Assembly: GCA_001724265.1 (NCBI GenBank)
Contig: MEDY01000258.1
Location: forward strand, 1-44,023
Direction: 5' to 3'
From: Rhizaria sp. SCN 62-66
Taxonomy: Eukaryota
DNA: 44,023 nt
Shown: piece by piece, positions 13,101 to 23,159 of the stretch
How the letters are laid out: the number at the start of each line of letters is the position of its first letter
Numbering within the stretch: the stretch's first letter is position 1
Made by a program: the position numbers and the translations under genes
The notes under the pieces: model-generated
Told to the model about the DNA's origin: nothing
The model's input: only the letters and a program-made list of their open reading frames with translations
Databases searched by the model: none

Positions 13101-16100
13101 AGCAGCAGCAGCAGTAGCAGCAGCAGTCATAGTGTCGGTGTCAGCGTCAGCGGAAATGGCTGCGCTACGATTGCTGTCGCTGTTGCTCTTAAACTGCTGC
13201 TGTTGCTGTTGCTGTAGACGACGTGAAGGGGCCGGGCCGGGGGTAAGGGACGAACCCTGGCTAAGTGCCCCGCGCCTAAGTACCCCGTCGTCTAAGTAAC
13301 CGCCCTCCATGCCGTCTAAGTGCCCCCTCACACTGTTCTGCAGCAACGACAGCTGCGCCTTCTGCGCCTGAGCCTGCGCCTGCAACTGTGCTTGGCGAGG
13401 TTCAGAGTCGTCCAGCGGCGGCACCGGCGGCAGTGGCAGCAGAGGCACTGACGGCGTAGACTTAGCACTGTGAGTCGCCGTTGTCACGGTGTTTGTTGCT
13501 GTGCAGGCATGTGTGCTTGTGGACAGGATTGGTGGCAAGATCAGCGCCTCGGAGCTGCTGCTCGAGGCGAGCAACCCCTTAGACTGGCTAAGTACCCCCT
13601 TAGACCCGAACTCAGTGGCCGTGAGCTGCGCGTGCGACCGCGAGTGCACCAGCATATGCGGCTGCAATCGCGGCTGCGCCTGTGCCTGGGACTGAGCCTG
13701 GGACTGGGCTGCCGTTGGCGTTGAAGGGGGTAGATTGAGCGACAGTAGCCGCTGCTGCTGCTGCTGCCTCTGCTGCTGCTGCTGCTCCTGCGGCCGCTGT
13801 TGTTGTTGCTGCTGCAGCAAGATGCGTTGCGTAAGTACCTTCGGCAGTGTAAGTGACCCCCTATGAGCCCTTTGCTGACCGCTTGCACCGTCACTCACAT
13901 TTGCGCTCGCAGTGCTGCTGAAAGTATTCGTGTTGCCAAAAGGCAATCTCCGCAGCTGCTGCTGCTGTTGTTGTTGCTGCAGCTGCTAGCGTGTAAGTAG
14001 ACGGAGCTTAAGTACCTTGCTCGCGACGTTGAGTAAGGCCGCGGTCGCACCCGCCAAAACGCGAAACGCCGGCGCAACGACGCTACTACTACTGCTGCTG
14101 CTGTTGTTAGTGCTGTTATTCGCGCCGCCCGCGTGGGCGTTGCCACTGGCGCTCAGCGCGCGATTGCTCCGAGGAGCCGTGTTATTCGCGTTATGTGCGT
14201 TACTACTGCTGCTGTTGCTGCTGCTGTTGTTGGTGTTGGCGTTCGGCGAAGTACTCAGAGGTGTAAGTACCCCCTTGCCCTGACTCTGCGGCGGCAGACT
14301 GCTCGCTGCTGCAGGAGTAAGAGCACCCTTAGACGGCTGCTGCGGAGTCGTTAATGTAAGGGCCCCCTTCGACGCCACCGGCAACAAAAACCTGCCACCT
14401 TTAGAGGGAGACGCAGGAGCACTTACGCCGGAAGCCGAGGTACCTAAACCGCTCGCAGGAGCACTTAGATCCTTGGACAGCTGCCGATTCGCTTGCAACT
14501 GCAGCAAAGTGCCCCTGTTGCTGCTAGGGACCAGAGTGTTCGTGTTAGGATTCGCTGTCGTTGTTGCTGTTGTTGCTGTTGGTGCTTGTAGCGGCTGTTG
14601 CGGCAGTGGCGGCAGTTGTGTTTGCCAAAGCCTCTCTTCCTCTTCAGCAAGACTCATCACACGACGGCCCACGCTCGCACTTGCGCTGGCATCGACACTT
14701 GGACAGGCAGAGGCACCGTCAGCATTGGTCGCGCCACAGTCGCAGCTTGTCTTGCTCGAGTCTACGGTGTTATTGTCGTTGTCGTCGTTGCTACTGGACT
14801 TGCTGTTCGCGCTCAAAGTGGCTGCGTTGATGATAGCCGTCGTCGTGACCGTCTCCGCCGTATACACGTCGAGAGCTTTGGCCCAAACAGACAGCAGCAT
14901 CACCCCTGCGCCTGCGCCTGCCCCTGCACCTGTCACGGGGCCAGAGCCGGAGCCCGCCCCGCCACTGACACCCTGGCCCTGCGGTTCGGATGCGAGAACC
15001 CCTTGAGACCACGCGTCGAGCAGAGCGTCGAGATACTCCTCGAAATCGAGGCCACAGCGGTCTAAGTACCTACTTAGACTGCCGTATAGGTCTAGCTGTG
15101 GCCGTGCTGTAAGTGCCCCACCCCCGTCGCTGCCGCTGTTTGAACCCTTAGACTTGGACAGTGTAAGTACGCCCTTAGCGACGGCGGCACGCATGCCCAC
15201 GAGGCCCGCAACGCCGCCGCCCCGGAGCTGCGGTCCTGCGAAGACGGCCCTTAGACGGTCTAAGTACCCAGCAAACTCGAAGACGCAGCGCACCTGTTTG
15301 TTGGTCTGGATGCACGCCGGGCGCCGCTTGCGCACGATCTGGATCGCGGCTTGGGGCCTCAAAGCGCCTGGGCCGGCGCGCGCGTAGAGCAGCCACGCCG
15401 CGATCACCAGTCTGCGAAGCGCAAGAAATACCACAGATGATGGGATATAGTGCACAAGATAATATCTGTGAGACTTAAAACGTGACATTGAGATATAAAA
15501 TACGGTATTTCATATTGATCATTAAAATAAAGGAAATAATTAGATATTCTCATATAAATCGACGATAACAAAAAAATCCTGATTTTCTCCACAACTTTCG
15601 CATTGAGCTAAAGCAAGACTAATTACAAAAATGTGACGAATTGCATAGAGTTAAAAAAATATATGTTTGTTTTGTGTTTTTGTGAGTGATATAGCGTACC
15701 CTGTGCGGCCGTATCCCGCGTGGCAGTGGACCGCGACGGCCTCCCCGCGGCCCCGGATGTGCGTGTCCATAGTCTGCGCAGCAGCCAGCAACAGCTGTAG
15801 CGACGGCACGGCCATGTCGACCCACGCAAACGAGTACATGATCACGCCCGCGGTGTTGAGCAGCTCGGCGGGGTCGTAACTGAAGCCAGAGCCGCGCGGA
15901 TCGAGCCCGCCGCCGCACAGAGGATGCTAGCCGGGGATCTGCAGGTTGAACACAGCCGCGACGCCCTTTGCGCGCATCTGTTGCCAGATGCCATGCGTCT
16001 GGTTCAGCCGCGTGGCGGGCCGCTGCATAGCGATGATGCGAGGGGTGATCCACGTCGAGTTGAGCCCCCTTAGCGCGGATGTAAGGGGGTACCCGCGCTG

Positions 16101-16550
16101 CTGCGTCCAGTCCTCGTGCTTGCAACGCGCGCCGTTGCAGAAAACGCAGATGATTTGACCGTGAGGTACGGGCGGCGCAGCGGACCAGGCGGATCGAAGC
16201 ATCCCCTTAGAGGACTTCTTGTTCTTGCCCTTACCCTTGCCCGCACCGCCGTCAGCGTTCGTGTTGCTGTTGTTGTTGTTGTTTAAGGCGAGATAAGGGG
16301 TTGCGAAGAGGGAGTCTGAGCCAATGGACGACAATAAAACGCGTTTTTGTTGCTGGTCACTGGAGCCCGCCGCAGCCGCCGCAGCCGCCGCAGCCGCATT
16401 GCCACTGCTAGAGCCAGTGCTAGGACTGGTGACAGTGGTCGTCAGCGGCGGCAGATGGAAGCTGTTGCCGTTATTACTGTTGTTGTTGCTACTGAGTTGT
16501 GAGTCATACCAAACAAACGAGCCCTTCGCGTGATGCTGCTGTTGCTGCTG

Positions 16551-16643
<93 letters not shown>

Positions 16644-17012
16644 TTGTTGTTGCTGATGAAGCGTGAGCGGGCCATAGGGCGCAACCTTGCTCGAGCTGCT
16701 GCCAGTGCCAGTGTAAACAGCACCCACTGTGCCGCCGCCGCCGCCGCTGCCGCTGCCGCCTGGGATGCTATTGCCCGCGATGGCAGCGGCATGAGTAGCC
16801 GTTTGAGCGTGAAGTTGAGAGCTGGAGCGTAAGTATCCCGACGCAAGCGGCGCTGTGGGCAGGGCGCGCAGGCGCCCAGTGTGCGCGCTCGCAAAGCCGT
16901 TCGCGGCCGCGGCCAGGTCGCGGTCGCGGCTGCTGCCGTTGCCGCCGCCGCTGTTGGCGGAGGAAGAGGGATGAAGGGGCAAGGCGGCGACGGAGCTGGC
17001 GCCGCATCCCAT
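2316..17012 (-). CDS. PTPDC1: Giant PTPDC1-like dual-specificity protein phosphatase, join(17012..15700,15411..2316), ~4,802 aa if two in-frame TAG codons (15929-15927, 13988-13986) are read through
   Basis: Starts MGCGAS. PTPDC1-type segments: C..C.G..CKHE.W, GLNSTWITPRIIAMQRP, FNLQIPG*HPLCG...SGFSYDP, FAWVDMAVP, the catalytic loop HCHAGYGRTG (completed across the intron to LVIAAWLLY), and AIQIVRKRRPACIQTNKQ. The ORF-track pieces 15927..17132 and 15651..15845 share one frame, as do 13986..15488 and 2316..13946. Ends in TGA. Confidence 0.75.
15412..15699 (-). other. Spliceosomal intron (288 nt) in the PTPDC1-like gene
   Basis: GG|GTACGC...TTCGCAG|A, AT-rich. Splicing restores GRTG-LVIAAW. 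Confidence 0.9.
16554..16655 (-). repeat. Poly-Gln trinucleotide tract: 34 Gln codons, including 29 uninterrupted CAG
   Basis: (CTG)29 at 16554-16640 on the + strand, followed by (TTG)4 CTG. Confidence 0.95.
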
Positions 17013-17582
17013 CTTGGCGCGGGTGTGACGGGCGGAAACAACTGTGCGCCCACTTCTTATAGCCTCTTGTTGCTGGTGTGTAGTGCTAGAGTTTGCTGAA
17101 ACTCTGTTAAAGTGCTGTAGAGTGGGGAACAAAGAAGAACAAGTTCAAATTGTGTTAACAGGAGAAAGAGTGCTCTCTTCAAGCGCATACCAAGCCATAA
17201 ATGCGTTTCTAAATGATATTAAAAGCAGAATTAATACAAATATAGATATACTATCTATCCATCTTGGCTATGCTCTAGTTGACGGAAAGACCCCAGCGCT
17301 AGACACTCATAAAGTATCCCATCTCCCCGTTACTCCGACTACACAAACGGCTCGGACAAGGCAGCGATCGAGCTTGGTAACATCTCTCTTAATGTGTCCG
17401 CACCAGATCTGAGTAATCCAGAATAAGCGTCGCACATAAATAAGACATATCTTTATTTTTACCATGAGAGATCAGAAAACATCACAAAACAACCACATAA
17501 ACACGAAACATATCATAAAACTCGTGCCGTCACATAGGACGAAGCACCTCAAAGCGCGTCCCAAAGCGTTATACTTCGCTCT

Positions 17583-20266
17583 TTAACCCCAGAGTTTGAC
17601 GCTGCCGTCCCATGAGCACGACGCGAGCGCCTTGGGCGCGTTGGGGTGCCAAGCCACGTCGATGGTCACGTCATCGTGCGCGCGCACCTTCTTGACCATG
17701 CGGCCGCTGCGCCAGTCCCAGAAGAGCATTTTCCCCTCGGCGTCTCCAGCCACAAGCGTGCCTCCATCGGGCGAAAACGCCATGCCGCACGCGAAGCCGG
17801 CGGCCAGGTGGCCTGTGAAGCGGCGGCGGCGGTTCAGCTTGAGCTTGGGCTGGAGCGCAAAGAGCAAGATCTCGTTGTTCTGTGCGTTGCCGACCAAGTA
17901 CTTGCCGCTGGGGTGCACCGCGACCGTGGGCATGACGTGCAGGTCCGTCTCGAAGATCTCCTTCAGCACGACGGGGATGCCGTATTCCCACAGCAGCATC
18001 TTCTTGTCGTCGCCTGTGGTCACGAACCTGACCCCGCCCGCGCTCGCGGAAGTTAAGCCGCCCTGGAGCGCGTTGGCGTCGTCGTCGTCCAAGGGGGAGG
18101 AGTTGGGGAGGAAAGTGACGGAATCGACGGCGGCCATGTGATCCGGGTACTTCTGGGTCACGTGTCCCGCGCGCGTGTCCCACTGAAGCACGACCTTTTC
18201 GTTCATTCCCGTGAGGACCTCGCCGACACCGCTGGACCCACTACCCACGCTGCTGTTATCAAACCCACCGGTGCTCGTGGAACCCATGGTCCCCGTGCTG
18301 TTGGGGTGAAACGCCGCGCACAGTGGAGTCATGCGTTCGTGCTTGAGCCGCGACACCACGGCGCCGGTCTCGGTGTCCCAGATCTTGACCCACTTGTCGT
18401 GGCTCACAGTCATGATCGCGCGGCCGTCCGGGGAGAAGACCGCGGAGCGGACGCCCGCGCCGTGGCCGGTGTAGGAGCGCAGCACACGGGCCCGTGCGGC
18501 GCCGGTGGCGGCACCGTGGGGGCCCAGGCCCTCCCAGTTGTAGCCGGCGCTTGCGCTCGCGCTCGCACTGACATTGTTGTTCTGGTTCGTGGGGGAGGAG
18601 AGGACGCGGTTGGTGGCGTTGCGGCGCAAAGCGACCGCGTCAGAGCCGTCATCGTCGCCAGCGTTGTCGTCGTCGTTGTCACCGTTCCCGTTACGCGGCT
18701 TCTCACTCTCACGGCCACGGCCGGTGTCGGTGGTGTCCGTCCTGTTGCTGCAGCCCGCGTCAGCGCCGGCTTCGCCGGGGGTAGGGGCGGTGAAGGCGGG
18801 CGCGGAGAAGGACGACTGGGCGTAGGCGTTGATGGCCGTGTTGGTCGTCGCATACGCACTGCCGCCGCCGACAGAGGTATTGCTATGGTGACTCGCGGAA
18901 CGCATGCCGGTACCCGTGGCAGAGAAGGGCGACGCGGCGGCGTCCCACACCCGCACCGTGCCGTCGAGGGAGCTGCTGAGCAACAGGTGGCCGGTGCCGG
19001 GGAAGTAAGACACGGAGCTCACGCCCTTCGCAGACCCAGCGCCCGCGCCAGCGCCTGACCGGGAGCGAGAGCTCGAGCTCGAGCTTGAGCTCGAGCTTGA
19101 GCTGCTGCTGTAGGGGGTAGAGCGGAGGGTGTTGATGAGCTTGGTGGGGAGACTGCAGGAGAGCTCGGGACCCAGAAACTATTGAAAACATAGCGCAAAA
19201 GAAGACCACAAAAAAATAAGTGAACAGAGAGTGTGAGTGTGTGAGTATGAAAGCTGAAAAGCAAGTTTGTAAAAACAAATTCGTTGAGTTTGCAAATTAC
19301 CTTGAATCCAGCAGGGATGTCGACGAAGGAACGCCCGCGGAAGTCCCTCTCGACGCTGCCGAAAAACCGCGTGCTCTCGAGCGCAACCTCGGCCGCCATG
19401 ACTGCCGCCGCGGCCTCTGCCTCCGCCTCAGCGGCCTCCGCCTCGGCGGCCTCGGCGTCTGCAGACTGACCTGTGGGGATGCGGCCGGCCTTGCGCGCGG
19501 CGGCCGCCTTGAGCTTGAGCTTCTGCGCGTGCGCGGCGGCGTTGGCCTGCTGCTGCTCCGAGAGAGGGGCCACGGCGGCGGCGGCGGCGGCGGCGGCCTC
19601 GCCCTTGAAGGCCGCCCAGGGTCCCCTGTAGCCGTCTAGGTCGGCGGCGTCGGCGGACGACTCCTCGCGCGCGCGCCGAGCCCTGCTACTCACTGGCGCG
19701 CCTCCAACCGCAGCAGCAGCAGCAGGGCCAGTGGCGCTGGCGGCGGCGGCGGTGGAGTTGTTGCGTGAAGCGTTGTAGTTGACGTTGAAGTTGTCCGCGT
19801 GCGCGGGGATGTAAACGCGGTTGACCTGACCGTGGGCCGAGGCACGCAGGCGGGACTGCACCGCGCCGGCGCCCACGGCGGTACCTGTGAGCGACAACGC
19901 CGCGTACGACCCGCCGGAGACGGCGGCGGCAGACTGATGCGCCGTCAGGGCAGTTGAAGCGTTGCTAGGGACAACGATAGAGTGAGTGTTTGCGCTGTGA
20001 GTGTGGGAGTTAGCAGTGTTTGACTGGAGGCGAGAGGGGTCAATGCGGGGTGCGGCGGAAAACATTGCGCGGGACGGTAGCGCGAACTCGTCGCCATCAT
20101 TGTCGTCGTTGTCACTGCTGCTGCTGCTGTCGCTGCCGTCGTCGTTGTCGTCGTCGGAGTCCGTCGTGACGGGCTTGGTGCTGCTGGTGGCGGTGCTGGG
20201 CTCGAAGTCGCTGCCGCTGCTGTCATTGTCGCTGTCGGAGGCGTAGGCGGCAAAAAGAGACGCCAT
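17583..20266 (-). CDS. PRP17: Pre-mRNA splicing factor PRP17/CDC40 (WD40), join(20266..19301,19178..17583), ~853 aa
   Basis: Motifs GY.GPWA.F, RDFRGRSFV, C.LP.KLI, KGVS...FP.TGHLLLS.SLDG.V.VWD, multiple WD repeats, FTGH.AAGFAC...FSPDG and terminal SCSWDGSVKLWG. Ends in TAA. Confidence 0.9.
19179..19300 (-). other. Spliceosomal intron (122 nt) in PRP17
   Basis: AAG|GTAATT...TTTCAATAG|TTT. Splicing joins ORF 19019..20290 to the frame of 17583..19022. Confidence 0.85.
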
Positions 20267-20846
20267 CGCGGAGGTGGGAGGGCGCTGCACGCGGTGGTGG
20301 AGCGAAGGGACGGGTGGGCTCTGGCAGAGAGAGCGGGGGTGGGTCTGGGGAGAACGCTGGTTGTGGTGGGAGGTCCGGGGAAGAAGCTGTGGGGGAAGGA
20401 ATAAAAGGAGAGGTTGGAGTTAGTGAAATATGGTATAATTGAAATGGCAAACAGTATACAAGTGCAACTATCTATATTCGCTGACAGATGTGTTATCAAC
20501 GACGTCGACTATGCGCTGTGTAGAGTCAAACTTGATGTTGCTAATCAACCGCCCTCTTTGACTCTGTGGCTGGCCAGCCGTGGGCTGGTGGCGGCTGGTA
20601 AGGGACTAGGCTGAGTTCGAGAGTGCGTCACGGAGAGGGCTTCTGCAGATGGCAATTGTGATCGTCAAGCTCGCTTTTCCTTTGGGTTCTGTAATATACT
20701 AGCAAGGTTCTCTTGATTTTTTAATTCTGTTCTTCTCCACTCTGCGCTCCTCCTTCTCTACCACCTACCCTTTTACCCACCTCACCTCCCGCCCTGATGT
20801 CGCCGCTCTACTCCCTTCCTCCACCCAGTCGTATCCCACTGCGCCG
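20267..20846. promoter_or_regulatory. Divergent (head-to-head) intergenic region between PRP17 and EFG1
   Basis: 580 bp separate the two start codons. Pyrimidine-rich leaders precede each ATG on its own strand. No specific element was identified. Confidence 0.4.
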
Positions 20847-22366
20847 ATGAGCAGCCGCGGCAAGACGAGCATTGTCCGCGAGCAGAACCCGACCCGCCAG
20901 CCGCGCGGCCTGGGCGTGTCCAAGATCCGCAGCGCCATTCGCGACGCCGAGCGCTTCCTCAACAAGAAGGTACGGCGCCGAACTAACATAGCGCAGCACA
21001 AATCACAACAAACGTTACAAACGTTACACGTATATATCCCCAATGTGATTGCCCCTTTTGCTTGTTTGCAAATTAGAATTTCTGCCAAGCACTCCCATCT
21101 CACCGATATCCCTCCTTTTTTGTCTCCTTATTACTCCATCACTCCCATCGCTTTCTTTTGCGAACTTGAACACTCCACACACACACAAACGCAACCCCCC
21201 AGCGCTCGACACTCCCCGCCGAGGTTCTCGCCCGCAAGGAGGCCGACCTGGCCCGCCTGCGCGCGCAGATGGCCGACATCGAGCTCGCCGGCAAGGCCCG
21301 CTACTACGAGAAGAAGTACCACAAGATCAAGTTCTTCGACACCAAGTCGGTCACGCGCCGCCTCACGGCCGTGCGCAAGGCGCTGGCAGCGCTGGTGATC
21401 GCGCCCGACTCGCCGCCCGCGCGCGCGGAGCTCAAGCTGCGGCACGAGCAGACCGACCTGGAGGAGCGGCTGTTGTACGTCAAGCACTACCCTGCCGCGC
21501 GCAAGTACCTCAGCGTGTGGCGCGAGCTCGCCGACGTGCGCTCTCGCGAGGCGCGCGCGCGGACGCTGAGCGAAGTGCTTGAGAAGCAGGGCTGGCGGCG
21601 GCCCGTGCAGCGCATGGTCGGCGCGGGCCGCAACGCCGAGTTTGAGTACGTGCGCAAGTTCACCGCTTCGAAGCCCAAGAAGGCGAAGAAGGCCAAGAGC
21701 GGCGACGGCAGCGACGAAGACGACAGCAGCAGCGAGGAGGAGTCCGAGGCCGAGTCCGAGGCTGAGGCCGACAAGAGCGAGTCCGAGTCTGAGGACGAGG
21801 AGGAAGAATACAGTAAGGAGGAAGTGAAGCAGTGGCGCAAGGACGAGAAGGCACGCATTGCCGAGGCTGAGGCTGCCGAGGCGGCGGCAGCGGCGGCGGC
21901 GACGTCTGTCGATGTCGGCTCCCTCAACCTCATTAAGTCTACCTCCAGCGCCGCTGCTGATGGCACCGGCAAGCACAGCAAGAGCGGCAAGCCCACGGGT
22001 GTCACGAGTTCCGGCGTCACGAGCACTGGCGTCAAGCGTGCCAGCGCTGGCGCCCAGGACGGCGGTAGTGACCGTGAGGACGAGGACTACAAGGGAATGG
22101 GTAGCATTGCCAGTGCCAGCGCCAGTGTCAAGCGCGCACGTCCCGCCCCCTCCGCCTCCGCTGCCGCCGCCTCCGCCGCCGCCGCCGCCGCCGCCGCCGT
22201 CTCTGACAAGAAGGACAAGAAAGAGAAGAAGGACAAGAAGGACAAGAAGAAGGCTACCGCAGGCATCTACCACGGCGACAGCGACGGCGACGATGACGGT
22301 GCTGCGGCGGCCTCTAAGGGGGCGGAGGAGGAGTTTGACCCTTTCCTCAACGAGGTTAGCGACTGA
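20847..22366 (+). CDS. EFG1: rRNA-processing protein EFG1-like, join(20847..20969,21203..22366), ~428 aa
   Basis: GVSKIRSAIRDAERFLNKK|RSTLPAEV, KKYHKIKFFD.K...RRL and LLYVKHYP...KYLS are Efg1-family motifs, followed by an acidic/lysine-rich tail. Ends in TGA. Confidence 0.85.
20970..21202 (+). other. Spliceosomal intron (233 nt) in EFG1
   Basis: AAG|GTACGG...CCCCCCAG|CGC. A phase-0 join keeps frame with ORF 21269..22366. Confidence 0.85.
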
Positions 22367-23159
22367 GCTACGCCGCCTACACTGTGAATGAGCGTGTGAA
22401 TTGACGTGCTTCGGAGCGAAATGAAGGGCGTTGTTTGCAGGATGAGACAGGCCACGAGTGAAAACTACAGTACGAACCTCTTTTTCATGTAAAAGACTCA
22501 CGATTACATTACAAGTACATGTCCATGTACTTCATAAGTGCAAAGCTGCAAGCCTTGATGGATGCTCGCTCTATTATTATCATAGTCAATCAAGTTCTTC
22601 TAAGTTAGGTGCGCTCGCAACATGCCTGACGCAGTCTCGGCTTGCTCTTATTATTGTTTCGGTGTCAGTGTATTGTGTACAACGACTCAGTCTGCGCTTG
22701 CTCTAGTGCACACGCGTACCGCACACGCACACTGCTGAGGACGCGTGCTGGCTGGCCAGCCAACCAACCAACTGTTCTGTCAGACAGAAATGCTGTGGGC
22801 GCAGCGTCCATTGGAGCGAATATCATCATTTTTGTTTTGTAAGAATACAGTTACAGTTGTATTACTTTCTAATGTCATTTGATGGGACTATCATAAAGAC
22901 GATGAATATCAGAAGTTACTAGAGAGAACAAGAGGTAAAGAGAGTTGATTTTGATGAACTCGTATTGATGAACTCGTATCGATGATGGTGCAAGACTGCG
23001 AGTACGAGAGAAGCGGTAAGCGCGGATAGAGAGTGGTAGTTGGCAAAAATGAACGCTTCCGTTACAGTGGAGGGTTCCGTGGTCGTGAATGTGGCAACCA
23101 AAAAGAGAATCTGCGCAATGTCTCGTTACGCGGGCGTTGCGAATTGCGACAAAAGTATA

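Noticed and set aside
2316-13946. Stand-alone 3,876-aa gene as listed in the ORF track
   Set aside because: It starts at TTG with no promoter-like or AT-rich gap upstream, and is in frame with the phosphatase exon across a single TAG.
22952-22979. 14-bp tandem duplication TGATGAACTCGTAT x2, resembling a snoRNA C box
   Set aside because: No convincing D box, terminal stem or guide sequence was found. It is probably a simple local duplication.
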